DNA of 64,000 bases from NCBI GenBank assembly GCA_963810095.1, contig CAWEMM010000014.1:96001-160000 (forward strand). Reading direction: 5' to 3'. Source of the stretch: an uncultured Chloroflexia bacterium (GTDB taxonomy: Bacteria; Chloroflexota; Anaerolineae; CG2-30-64-16). Positions 10,841 through 20,604 of this stretch are shown one piece after another. A model generated the notes under the pieces. That model was not told the DNA's origin. It saw only the letters and a program-made list of their open reading frames with translations, and ran no database searches. The translations under genes and the position numbers were made by a program. Position 1 is the first letter of the stretch. Every line of letters starts with the position of its first letter.

Positions 10841-12613
10841 TCATGAAGCCGAGATGTCCGTCTCGACGAGCGCGGACTGGAGTGTGGCCCGGCAGACGCC
10901 GCAGGTCAGGCAGTCCTCGCAGCCGGGCGGGCAGCGGTGGCCTAGCCGTTCCTTCTCCGACAGCCGGAGCTCGTAGCGGTAGAAGCTGGGCCGCACCCCG
11001 CTCTCGACGATGTCCCACGGCTCGAATCCGCCGGGGGTTCGCTCATCGAGGAACTCCGCAGGGGTCAGCCCGTGCCGCCCCAGCGCCTCGTGGAACCCGC
11101 GCAGCGTCAGCTTCTCTGTCTCCCACAGCACGGGCGCCAGCCGGCGATCGCCGCGCGAGAGCACGCCCTGCACCTCGGCCCATTCGGGCGAATCCGCGTC
11201 CACGGTCACCTTGTGTTTCGTAAGCATCCGCCTCAGCACACGCTGCCGCTCGCTCAGCACCTTCGCGGGCGTCATGGCAGTCCACTGAAACGGCGTGTGC
11301 GCTTTGGGCGTAAACGGGGTCGCGTTGATCGCGACGTTCCGGCGGAAGATGGCGCGCGCCTTGAGCGTCAGGTCGGCGATGGCGGCAATGTCGTCGTCCG
11401 TTTCGGTCGGATGGCCGACCATGAAGTACATCTTCAGCTGCGGGAAGCCGTACGCCTGGGCGAGCTCGACCGCGTGCAGCAGGTCGTCCTCACACTGCGA
11501 CTTGTTGATCACCCGGCGCAGGCGGTCACTGCCTGCCTCGGGCGCGATGGTTAACGTCTGGTTGCCGCTTGCAGCCAGCGCGGCCACCAGCGGCTCGCTG
11601 ATCGGGTCGGTGCGCATGGAACTGACGCCGAAACGCGCGCCCATGCCGCGCAGTTCCTCGGCCAGCTCGTCGATCTGCGAGTGATCCGACACCGCGGCCG
11701 ACACCAGGCCAAGCGACGGCGGCTGGACGCCGGCGATGCCGCCGTGCGCGTGGACGGGCAGGCGGAGCGCCAGGGCCTCACGCGCCCAGGCGACGATGCG
11801 CTCCAAGGGCTGCTCGCGCGGGGGGCGATAGACGTAGCCGGCCAGGCAGAAGCGACAGCCCCGGCCGCAGCCGCGGGCGATCTCGATCAGGTGCCGGTTC
11901 GGGAACTCGGCGTCGGGCGTGTAGAGCAGCGAAACGGGCTCGAGCGCCGCCGCCCCGCGCACCCAGAGGCGCTCGATCTGGCGGCCACCCGGCTGGGGCG
12001 CAGTCAGCGACGGCACGTAAATGCCAGGCTCGCGTGCCAGCGTATCGAGCAGCGGCCGAGGCGCCGCGTCGTCGCGCCGGTCGCGATCCTCCGTGATCCC
12101 GTCGACAAACAGGTCGATGAGCCGGGGGAGCGCTTCCTCCGCTTCGCCGATCAATACTGCGTCGAAGAATGGCGCGAGCGGTTCCGGGTTCATGCTGAGG
12201 GCCGGGCCCCCGGCAAGCAGAAACGGCCGGCCGCCGTGATCCTCGGTTGTTAAGCCGGGCGGTTCGACCCCGGCCTGCCGCAGCATGGCCGCCACGTGGA
12301 AGTAATCCATCTCGAAGGAGACGGTGAAGGCCCAGACGTCGAACTCGCCGACCGGGCGGCCGGTTTCCAGCGACAGGAGGGGCTGCCCCGCCGCGATGGC
12401 CTGTTCGTCCCAGAAGACGCGCTCGCAGACGACATCGGGGCGCGCGTTAAAGAGCCGGTACAAGATCTGCAGCGCGAGGCTGGACATACCGACGCCGTAA
12501 GTGTTCGGGTAGGCGAGCGCAACGGTGAGCTTTCCGCCGTGGTCCTTAACGATGGTGCCGGTTTCCCGGCCGAGCACGGCCTTGCCTGCCGCGATTTGTT
12601 TCCAGGAACTCAT
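10841..12613 (-). CDS. Radical SAM protein with B12-binding-like N-terminus and C-terminal Cys cluster
   Basis: ALAYPNTYGVGMSSL, EIARGCGRGCRFC (CxxxCxxC), TIAPEAGS, PFTPKAHTPFQW, CPPGCEDCLTCGVC. Start placed at ATG 12613 because the upstream extension is repeat-derived. Confidence 0.88.
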   Translation of the reverse strand: MSSWKQIAAGKAVLGRETGTIVKDHGGKLTVALAYPNTYGVGMSSLALQILYRLFNARPDVVCERVFWDEQAIAAGQPLLSLETGRPVGEFDVWAFTVSFEMDYFHVAAMLRQAGVEPPGLTTEDHGGRPFLLAGGPALSMNPEPLAPFFDAVLIGEAEEALPRLIDLFVDGITEDRDRRDDAAPRPLLDTLAREPGIYVPSLTAPQPGGRQIERLWVRGAAALEPVSLLYTPDAEFPNRHLIEIARGCGRGCRFCLAGYVYRPPREQPLERIVAWAREALALRLPVHAHGGIAGVQPPSLGLVSAAVSDHSQIDELAEELRGMGARFGVSSMRTDPISEPLVAALAASGNQTLTIAPEAGSDRLRRVINKSQCEDDLLHAVELAQAYGFPQLKMYFMVGHPTETDDDIAAIADLTLKARAIFRRNVAINATPFTPKAHTPFQWTAMTPAKVLSERQRVLRRMLTKHKVTVDADSPEWAEVQGVLSRGDRRLAPVLWETEKLTLRGFHEALGRHGLTPAEFLDERTPGGFEPWDIVESGVRPSFYRYELRLSEKERLGHRCPPGCEDCLTCGVCRATLQSALVETDISAS

Positions 12614-12626
12614 GGTCTTTCTGATC

Positions 12627-12761
12627 TGAAATGGGACACTGATTGAACAGATCGGACTGATCATGACGATTCTTACCCGAAGGACAGTTCAGATCAGTTC
12701 AATCAGTTGCATCAGCGTCCCATTTCACCCTGCGTTGTCCGGCAGCGCGGGTGAGGGTTTA
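12627..12761. repeat. Composite palindromic repeat, copy 2 (module B then inverted module A)
   Basis: TGAAATGGGACACTGATTGAACAG...GTTCAATCAGTTGCATCAGCGTCCCATTTCA followed by the reverse complement of module A. Confidence 0.8.
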
Positions 12762-12782
12762 GAGTGATCGCTGCTCGCAAGT

Positions 12783-13439
12783 CTACGGCAGCCCGTATGC
12801 CAACGTCTGCAATTTGGCGACCCATTGGTCGGGAATGATTGACCAGGCATCCAGCGCGGTCACGACGATGCCCCCTGCCTCCCGCAGGTCGTACCACACC
12901 CGTAGGGGTGGGAAGATGCGCTGCGTGTCGGTCGAAGTGGGGCTGGTCACCGCATCGATGCCGGCCCGGCGAAAGAGCCAGCGAGCGCGGAAGAGGTGCA
13001 GCGGGTGGCTGACGAGCACGGCAGTGCGCCACCCCTGTTGCGCCATCACCTGCCCGGTCGACTGCGCGTCCTCGATGGTATTGGTGCTCCCGTCGGCGAG
13101 CAAGACGCTCGGTGCGGGCACGCCGAGACTCACGGCGAAGCGCTTGCACACGGACGCGGCAGAAAGCGGCTCGTCCCTGAAGCCGCCGGTGCAGATGATG
13201 TGGGGCGCAATCCCCGCGTGCCACAGGTCCACCGCATGGTAGGTGCGGCTGGTCAGGTCCGAGCCCGGCGTGCCGTCGGCGTTGACGCGCGCGCCGAGCA
13301 CGACGATCGCGTCCGCCGGCCGCGCCTGATCCTCGCGTCCCAGCGCGTCGACCTGCCAGGTGAGGACGGCGAAGCCGAGAAGAGCCAGCAGGAGGAGGAT
13401 CAACACGGCGCGCAAAAACGCACGTAGCAGACGTCGCAT
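12783..13439 (-). CDS. YdcF/DUF218 (SanA/ElyC-like) membrane-anchored protein
   Basis: N-terminal TM helix, ADAIVVLGA, IICTGG, STNTIED, LVSHPLHLFRA. Confidence 0.88.
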   Translation of the reverse strand: MRRLLRAFLRAVLILLLLALLGFAVLTWQVDALGREDQARPADAIVVLGARVNADGTPGSDLTSRTYHAVDLWHAGIAPHIICTGGFRDEPLSAASVCKRFAVSLGVPAPSVLLADGSTNTIEDAQSTGQVMAQQGWRTAVLVSHPLHLFRARWLFRRAGIDAVTSPTSTDTQRIFPPLRVWYDLREAGGIVVTALDAWSIIPDQWVAKLQTLAYGLP

Positions 13440-13495
13440 CACTTGATTATACTACAGCCGAACAGTAGACGTAACGCGCGATTTGCGCCGGGTGC

Positions 13496-13528
13496 AAAAT
13501 GAGCCGGACCGCTTCGATGGTCCGGCTC
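13496..13528 (-). terminator. Intrinsic terminator after nrdJ
   Basis: GAGCCGGACC-N8-GGTCCGGCTC perfect 10-bp stem followed by ATTTT on the minus strand. Confidence 0.75.
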
Positions 13529-13558
13529 GCGTTGCGCTAAGCGCCAGGCCTGCCTAAT

Positions 13559-16056
13559 CTAGCACTCGCTGTATCCGCAGGCGTAGCACTTTCGGCACCC
13601 CTCGGTGGGGACGAAGGCGGCCTGGCCGCATTCGGGGCAGAGGTCGCCGATCGGGCGGTCGCTGATGGGCAGCGGCAGCTGGGCCACGTACTCCGGCGGC
13701 TCGTCTTCGCCGGCGTCGGCTGTGCCTTCTTCGGTCTGGCTGAGATACTCGCGCAGCACCTGGGCCACGGCGTCGGGCAGAGAGCGCACCCGGTTCGCAC
13801 CGAACCCCAACGACCGGCCCCCGCCGATGCCCGCCAACTGGTCAACCACCTCGTCCAGCCGCTCACGCTCGTCGAGCGGCGACGGGAGGCGGAGGATGAG
13901 CGAGATCAGCCGGCCGAGCGCCTCGGAGACGGCCGCGACGTCGCTGCCGGCCTTGCCCACGTTCATGAACACCTCGAAGGGCTTGTCGCCGCCGTTGATG
14001 TTCACCGTGACGTACGCGGTGCCGAGGGGCGTCTCCTTCCGGTAGGTGATACCCCGGAGGATACTGGGTCGCGGCCGGCGCTTCAGCATCGGATAGGGCT
14101 CGGCCGCGGCAGAGGGCGCCGGTGCGGGCGCCTCCATGCCGGTGGTCGCGCCGTTGCCCCTGGACTTTGCGTCTGCGGTGGCCTTGGTTTCCAGCACCAC
14201 CTCTTGCCGGCTGCCCGTGACATAAACCGTCAGGCCTTTGCACCCCAGCCGCCAACCGAGCAGGTAGGCTTTCTCCACATCCTCGACCGTCGCCGTCTCG
14301 GGGAAGTTGACCGTCTTCGAAATCGAGTTATCGACGAAGGCCTGGATGGCCGCCTGCATGGCGACATGCTCTTCCGCCGTGATATCTTGCGACACGACGA
14401 ACACATGCCGCAAGGCCTCGGGCACCTCGGGCACGTCCTGGCAGCTGCCGAGCAGGCTGACCTGTTCGCCAATGCGCTGCTGGGCCGCCTTGTCGATACC
14501 GACCGCGGTCAGCGCCTGCTCGAAGAGCGGGCTGGTGTAGGTGAGCTTCAGATCGCGCTCGCCGTCTTTGACCGTCCGGGTGTAGGCCAGGGCGAAGACC
14601 GGCTCGCACCCGTAGCCCTCGCACCCCGCCACCGTGCCAATCGTGCCCGTGGGCGCGACCGTCGTCTGTGCGGCGTTGCGGATGCCGTGCTGTTTGATCC
14701 CGGCCACGATCTCCTGCCAGTTCAACGGCGGGCCGGCGCCAATCATGTTCGATAGGGCGCCAGCGGCTGCGGCGGCTGCCACTGCAGGGCTTCGGGGTCG
14801 TAGATGCTGCCCTTGATGGCCAGGAACGGCCCGCGGTCGCGCGCCAGCTCGACGCTGGTCTTCATGCAGTGGTAGCGCACGAACTCTATGACCTGCGCGG
14901 CAAACTCCTGGCCCTCGGGCGATCCGTAGCGCACGCCGAGCCGGTACATCATGTCGCCCAGGCCCATGATGCCGAGGCCGATGCGCCGCGCCCGGAGGGC
15001 CGACTCGCGCAGCTGGGGCACGGCGGGGACGTACTTGTTCGCGTCGACGACGTTGTCCAGGAAGCGGGTGGAGACGACGACGCTGACGCGCAACTTCTCC
15101 CAGTCGACCTCACCGTCGGGGGTCAAATGCTGGGCCAGGTTGATCGAGCCGAGGCAGCAGTTCTCGTAGGGGCCGAGGAACTGCTCGCCGCACGGGTTGG
15201 TCGCGGCCAATTCGTAGAGGTGCGGCACCGGGTTCTGGCGATTGGCCGCATCGAGGAACAGCACGCCCGGTTCGCCGTTGTGGTGCGCGTAGGTGACGAT
15301 CTTGTGGAACAGGTCGCGCGCCCGCACCGTGCGCCAAACTTTGCCATCCCGCGGGTTGCGGAGTTCGAATTCTGCGTCGCTTTCGACCGCTCGCATGAAC
15401 TCGTCGGTGATGCCAACCGAGATGTTGAAGTTGCTGATCTGGCCTTCCTGCGCTTTGCAGGTGACAAATTCTTCGATGTCGGGGTGATCGACGCGCAGCA
15501 CGGCCATGTTGGCCCCCCGCCGGGTGCCGCCTTGAGCTACCTCACCAAACGCAATGTCGTATACCCGGAGAAAGCCGACCGGCCCTGTGGCCACGCCCGC
15601 GCTCGACTTGACCGCGTCACCCTTGGGGCGCAGGTTCGTGAATGAGAAACCGTTGCCGCCGCCCGTCTGCTGGATGAGCGCCGCATCGCGCAGGGTCTGG
15701 AAAATGCCCGCCGCGTCACGGCCCATGTCGTCGGAGATCGGGAGCACAAAACAGGCGGCCAATTGCCCCAACGGCGTGCCCGCACCGGTGAAAGTCGGCG
15801 AGTTCGGGAAAAAGCGGAGGCTGCTCAGGAGGCCGTAAAAGCTATCCTCTGTGCTCTGCACATCGTACCCATGCTCACCGTCGGGCTCGGCGACGGCCCG
15901 CGCCACCCTGCGAAACATGCCTTCGATGTCTTCAATGGGTTTGCCGTCGATCCCACGCCGCAAATAGCGCTTCTTAAGCACCTGGCGGCTGTTTTCAGAG
16001 AGCTGCGTTTCTTCTGGCGGCTCAATCGCTGGTGCGAATGCCTTGGCCTCAGTCAT
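13559..16056 (-). CDS. nrdJ: Class II (adenosylcobalamin-dependent) ribonucleotide reductase with C-terminal TSCPD and Zn-ribbon; frameshift near 14750
   Basis: [69 protein letters not shown]...[14 protein letters not shown]. Confidence 0.93.
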
Positions 16057-16223
16057 ATTCTGAACCTCATCCCTGATCATCGGTACGCTCCTCGATCCCT
16101 ACTTGATCGTGTCCGGCACGCTGGCGTGTATGGAGGCGGTGACCCGCATCGCACGCGACGCGATGCGACCCCCGCACCTTACTTCCGCCCAATAGCCTTC
16201 TGTCCATCGCTTGCGGGACAGAC

Positions 16224-16673
16224 TTACTTGCGCTCTTTCATCAGTCGCTCGAGCTCGCGCTGCAACGCCCCGACGTCATCCATTTCCATGTAGACGATCG
16301 CAAACCGAATGTACGCCAGCGAATCCAACTCGCGCAGTTTCTCGAGCACCATCTCGCCGATGACTTCGCTGTGCACCTCGGCCTTGCCCAGCGAGAAGAG
16401 GTGCTCTTCGATCTGGTCGACGATGCGGTCGATGTCGGCCATGGCGATGGGGCGCTTGGCACAGGCGATTCGCACGCCCTGGAGCAGCTTGTGCCGGTCG
16501 AACGGCTCGCGCCGCCCGTCGCGCTTGACGATCAGCAGTGCTTCGGAGATCTGCTCGTAGGTGGTGAAGCGCTTGCGGCACTTCTGGCACTCCCGGCGCC
16601 GGCGGATGCTGTCGCTGGTCGAGCGGGTGTCCACCACTCGCGTGTCGGGCTGTCCGCAGTATGGGCACTGCAT
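16224..16673 (-). CDS. nrdR: Transcriptional repressor NrdR
   Basis: MQCPYCG...VVDTR...IRRRRECQKCRKRFTTYE, ATP-cone VKRDGRREPFDR, AYIRFA. Confidence 0.96.
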   Translation of the reverse strand: MQCPYCGQPDTRVVDTRSTSDSIRRRRECQKCRKRFTTYEQISEALLIVKRDGRREPFDRHKLLQGVRIACAKRPIAMADIDRIVDQIEEHLFSLGKAEVHSEVIGEMVLEKLRELDSLAYIRFAIVYMEMDDVGALQRELERLMKERK

Positions 16674-16831
16674 GCAGGGCTCCTGTTCTGATGGACCGGA
16701 TGGTGGCTGCACCCGGTTTCTGGCGACAAAAACGCCATGCCCGCCCGCCGCGCGGCACTGCGCAGGCAAGCAGCGGGGCATGGCGCAAGGCGTCGATGAT
16801 GAAGCGGCGCGGCCGAAGCTTCGGCCAGGGC

Positions 16832-16878
16832 GCACCAGCCCTAGTACTACGTGAGCGTCATCCTACTACAGGTTGTGG
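16832..16878. promoter_or_regulatory. Tandem NrdR boxes
   Basis: GCACCAGCCCTAGTAC (16832-16847) and CTACTACAGGTTGTGG (16863-16878) resemble the acaCwAtATaTwGtgt consensus and start 31 bp apart. Confidence 0.6.
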
Positions 16879-16888
16879 TGACAGCGGG

Positions 16889-16917
16889 AGTATATCACAG
16901 CCGGGGTAAAGAGGCAA
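16889..16917 (-). promoter_or_regulatory. Sigma70-type promoter of nrdR-nrdJ
   Basis: TTGCCT-N17-TATACT with extended TGn on the minus strand. Confidence 0.7.
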
Positions 16918-17132
16918 GGCATGAAAACGGTTTTAGACGAAAATTTAAGGTCGAGTTTTGTATGCGCCGCGGGGAGTTACAATTGCCCGTGAGACGGCCA
17001 GACACGCGCAGGGCATGCGCGGGCGAGAGTCTTTCGCCCGCGCATGCCTTATGCGCGCCGCTCGCGTTTGCGACAGGAGTCGGGCCGTCCTGCCCGCGAG
17101 CGCGTCCTTGCAGCCCGGCGCGTGCCGGCCGC

Positions 17133-18224
17133 TTACTGCGTGCGGTTCGCCCGGCGCAGGAACGCGGGGATGTCCAGGTCCTCGCGGTCGTATGTGCGCC
17201 GCGGGAACTCGACCACCCGGCTCTCCTCGCCCTGGGTCACCTTCTGGTCCTTGATTGCGTCGAAACCGGTCGCGATCACGGTGATCCGGATGGCGTCTTT
17301 CATGTTCGGGTCGATCACCGCGCCGAAGATGATATTCGCGTCCGGGTCCGCGGTCCGCTGGATGATCTCCGCGGCCGCGTTCACTTCGTGCAGGGCCAGG
17401 TCTGCGCCGCCCGTGACGTTGAACAGGATGCCCTGGGCGCCCTCGATGCTCACGTCGAGGAGCGCGCTGTGGATCGCCTGCTCCGCCGCGTTCTGGGCCC
17501 GGTTGTCGCCGCTGGCCGTCCCGATCGACATCAGGGCCGATCCGCCTTCATTCATCACCGCGCGCACGTCGGCGAAGTCCAGGTTGATCAGGCCCGGGAT
17601 GGTGATGAGTTCGGAGATGCCCTGGATGCCCTGGCGCAGCACGTCGTCTGCGGTCAGGAACGCCTGCTGGATCGTGGCCTTCTTGTCGACGACCTGCAGC
17701 AGCCGGTCGTTCGGGATGACGATCAGCGTGTCCACGCTCTCGCGCAGCCGCTTGATGCCCTCTTCCGCGATGCGCTTGCGCCGGGCGCCCTCGAACGTAA
17801 AGGGCTTGGTGACGACGCCGATGGTCAAGGCGCCGGATTCCTTCGCCAGGCGAGCGACCACGGGGGCCGCGCCGGTGCCGGTGCCGCCGCCCATGCCGCA
17901 CGTCACGAAGATCATGTCAGTGCCTTTGATCAGGCTCTTGACGTCTTCCGTCGACTCCATCGCGGCCTTCTCGCCGATCTCAGGCTGCCCGCCGGCGCCC
18001 AGGCCCTTGGTCAGCTTGTCACCGATCCGCACCCGCTGCGGCGCGTTCGCCAGCATGAGCGCCTGCGCATCGGTGTTGATCGCGATGAACTCGACGCCCC
18101 GGATGCCCTGCTCGATCATGCGGTTGACGGCGTTTGAGCCGCCCCCGCCGACGCCCAAGACCTTAATCTGGGCAGGATTCTCCAGGAACGGAGGCTGCTG
18201 CTGCTGCGGTTTCGTTGCTGTCAT
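17133..18224 (-). CDS. ftsZ: Cell division protein FtsZ
   Basis: [29 protein letters not shown]-terminal [10 protein letters not shown]. Confidence 0.98.
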   Translation of the reverse strand: MTATKPQQQQPPFLENPAQIKVLGVGGGGSNAVNRMIEQGIRGVEFIAINTDAQALMLANAPQRVRIGDKLTKGLGAGGQPEIGEKAAMESTEDVKSLIKGTDMIFVTCGMGGGTGTGAAPVVARLAKESGALTIGVVTKPFTFEGARRKRIAEEGIKRLRESVDTLIVIPNDRLLQVVDKKATIQQAFLTADDVLRQGIQGISELITIPGLINLDFADVRAVMNEGGSALMSIGTASGDNRAQNAAEQAIHSALLDVSIEGAQGILFNVTGGADLALHEVNAAAEIIQRTADPDANIIFGAVIDPNMKDAIRITVIATGFDAIKDQKVTQGEESRVVEFPRRTYDREDLDIPAFLRRANRTQ

Positions 18225-18284
18225 GTCTCACCTCTTCTACACTGTCGTTTTGCGACTGGCACGCACGCTGCCCAGCTGCGCTAG

Positions 18285-19541
18285 CTACGATGATACGGGC
18301 AGGAAGTTCTTCATCAGGCCCATCAACCGCTGTCCCAGGCCCGGTTTGGGGGGCTCCAGGTTGCGGGGTTTCGCGCCGCGGTGCAGGCCCCAGAGGAGCA
18401 GACCGACGGGCGCTGCGTATTCAGGACTGGCAATATCGAACGCCGAGCCTACGGCCCCGTTCGGTTGGCCGATGCGCACCGGCCAACGCATCCTGCTTGT
18501 GCTCAAGTCACCCAGGCCCGGCAATTGGGCCACGCCACCGGTGAGCACGACGCCGGCTGACGTCAACCCATCGTATCCACTGCGCTTCACCTCCGAGATG
18601 AGCTGGTCTGCCAGTTCTTCTGCCCTTGCATTGATGATTTCGGACAGGACCCGCCGGCGGACCACTTGTTGGCCCTCCTGCCCGAAAGCGCCGGCGCGCA
18701 CTTCCCCGTCGACGGGCACGCGCTCGGGAACGGCATGGCCGTACTGCCGGATCAGCGCTTCGGCGCTGTCCCGCGACATGCGCAGTACGGACGAAACATC
18801 GTGTACGAGGTATTCGCCGCCTACTTCCAGCGAGTGGGCCTGCCAGGGCGCCTTCTCGACGTAGATCGCCAGGTCGGTCGTGCCGGCCCCGATATCGGCC
18901 AGGACGACGCCCGCCCGCAACTCGTCGGGCGTGAGCACGGCTTCGGCCGAGGCAAGCGGCTCGAACACCAGGTCGTGGATCCGCACCCCATTGTCCAGAA
19001 CGCAGTTGGTCAGGTTAAGGATGTTTGACGAGGCCCCTGTGACGACCGTCGCTTCCACCTCCAGGCGATAGCCGGCCGATCCGACGGGGTTATCCACACC
19101 CTCCTTGTCGTCCAGTTTGTACTGCCGCGCCACGACGTTGATCACTTCCCGGTTATGGGGCAGCGCAATGCTGCCCGCCTGGTCCAGGGCCCGCTGGCAA
19201 TCTTCGGCCGTCACGCGGCGCCCGTTCTTGCCGAGGTCGACCACGCCTTTGCTGCCGAGCGTCTGGATGTGCGAGCCAGAGATGCTCACGTACGCGGCTT
19301 CCATGGTCACGCCGGAAGTGCTTTCCGCCTCGTCGATGGCCTTGCCAATGCACGCGGTCGCTTCCAGCGTGTTGACCACGACGCCCTTGCGCAGGCCCTC
19401 GGAAGGCACCCGCCCAGCGCCTACGACGGTCAACTGTCCCTTGTCGTCCACCCGCGCGATCAGCGCGCAGACCTTGGACGTGCCGACGTCCAGAGCGCAG
19501 AATACCTCGTTTGCGTGGTTCCCCGTTGCGCTTGTCACCAT
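18285..19541 (-). CDS. ftsA: Cell division protein FtsA
   Basis: ALDVGTSKV, GLRKGVVVN, DIGAGTTD, VVLTGGVAQLPG, amphipathic C-terminus. Confidence 0.95.
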   Translation of the reverse strand: MVTSATGNHANEVFCALDVGTSKVCALIARVDDKGQLTVVGAGRVPSEGLRKGVVVNTLEATACIGKAIDEAESTSGVTMEAAYVSISGSHIQTLGSKGVVDLGKNGRRVTAEDCQRALDQAGSIALPHNREVINVVARQYKLDDKEGVDNPVGSAGYRLEVEATVVTGASSNILNLTNCVLDNGVRIHDLVFEPLASAEAVLTPDELRAGVVLADIGAGTTDLAIYVEKAPWQAHSLEVGGEYLVHDVSSVLRMSRDSAEALIRQYGHAVPERVPVDGEVRAGAFGQEGQQVVRRRVLSEIINARAEELADQLISEVKRSGYDGLTSAGVVLTGGVAQLPGLGDLSTSRMRWPVRIGQPNGAVGSAFDIASPEYAAPVGLLLWGLHRGAKPRNLEPPKPGLGQRLMGLMKNFLPVSS

Positions 19542-19608
19542 GACCTCACCCCCCTACCCTCACGCCTGCCCCGCAACCTGCCGTTCGCACAGGCGAGAGG
19601 GAGGTCCA

Positions 19609-20523
19609 TCACCACCACATCGCTTTGCGTTCGCTTTGGCGCACGTCGATCACTTTTGGCCGGGCGCCCTGCTGGGCGATGTCCTTGCCCGCCGCCTCGG
19701 CAAGGGCCAGCTTGTCGGCCATCGGCCCACTCTCGCCCAACCAGACATCCCATCCTTCCGGCGCCCGATAGTACAGGCCCGGCTCGTCGGCGTAGTAGAA
19801 GTCGGCCAGGTCTTCCCGAATCGCGTGCACGGCGCCCAGGTTGTCGAGCACCAGCTTGCGCAATTCCGCGTTCTTGTCGAGCCGCCCCTTCGATTGATCG
19901 GTGAAGTGCAGCGGCGGGAGCGCGCCTGCCTGCGGCACGTCTGACCCGTCCGCGGCCAGCCAGACCGTCGCCGTCATGGCCTGCCACGCCACGAGCGGTG
20001 CGTGCTCGGTCACGTCGATGAGCACCTGGTTGGGCAGCCGCACGTGAACCGCGACCCTGGCGACGCCAGGGATCTTCTGTACGTTCGCCGCAATGTCGTC
20101 TGAACGCAGCAGGAGCACGTTCCGCCCGTCGATGCCGCTGGTCGTGTAAATCTCCTCGGGCGCAATCCGCTGGCCGCCGCCGATCTGCGTCGATGTCCGG
20201 CTGACCGCCAACTCGGGCACCTGCAACACGTAGATCAGGCCCGCGGTGGTCGCGATGGCTGCCAGCAGCAGCAGCGCGACGCGACCTGCCAGAAACCAGG
20301 TCTCGCGCGACGGCAGTCGCACCGCCGGCCCACTGGCCTTCGTTCGGCTGCCGGCCTTGGCCTGCCCGCCTGCCCGGCCCTGCACGTCGGGTGCGGTGGC
20401 CTGCTTGCGCTTGATGCGCTTCCTGGGTTTCGCAGGCGCCCGCTCGCGCCAGGCGGGCTGCCGCGGCTGGACGTCGTCCTCCGCTTGCTGAGAGCCCTTT
20501 GCCTGGTGCTGCCGAGTCGTCAT
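19609..20523 (-). CDS. ftsQ: FtsQ/DivIB-like cell division protein
   Basis: Basic cytoplasmic N-terminus, single TM, POTRA-like segment ending RLPNQVLIDVTEH, C-terminal IDVR; lies between ddl and ftsA. Confidence 0.8.
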   Translation of the reverse strand: MTTRQHQAKGSQQAEDDVQPRQPAWRERAPAKPRKRIKRKQATAPDVQGRAGGQAKAGSRTKASGPAVRLPSRETWFLAGRVALLLLAAIATTAGLIYVLQVPELAVSRTSTQIGGGQRIAPEEIYTTSGIDGRNVLLLRSDDIAANVQKIPGVARVAVHVRLPNQVLIDVTEHAPLVAWQAMTATVWLAADGSDVPQAGALPPLHFTDQSKGRLDKNAELRKLVLDNLGAVHAIREDLADFYYADEPGLYYRAPEGWDVWLGESGPMADKLALAEAAGKDIAQQGARPKVIDVRQSERKAMWW

Positions 20524-20604
20524 AAGCTTCCGTCCCTGTCTGTCGCGCTGCCAGCCGCCCGAGACCTGCCCGATTTGCGAGAACCTCTGCGGTCTTTGTC
20601 AGGA

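Noticed and set aside
12614-12664. N-terminal extension MISPICSISVPFQ of the radical SAM ORF
   Set aside because: It is translated palindromic repeat sequence; the plausible start is ATG 12613.
8046-12761. CRISPR array or IS element
   Set aside because: The repeats are dispersed, not regularly spaced with unique spacers, and there is no cas or transposase gene in the window.
14730-14790. Natural split of NrdJ into two subunits
   Set aside because: The break is mid catalytic domain and is repaired by removing single bases (about PYEHDWRRPPLNW). It is not at the TSCPD boundary where natural NrdJa/NrdJb splits occur.
17044-18864. Long antisense ORFs (for example 606 aa opposite ftsZ/ftsA, 716 aa opposite rpoB, 516 aa opposite rpoD)
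   Set aside because: Shadow ORFs are expected at high GC opposite strongly biased genes; no recognisable motifs.
19090-19098. Perfect DnaA box TTATCCACA inside ftsA
   Set aside because: Single copy within coding sequence, with no box cluster or unwinding element; compatible with chance.
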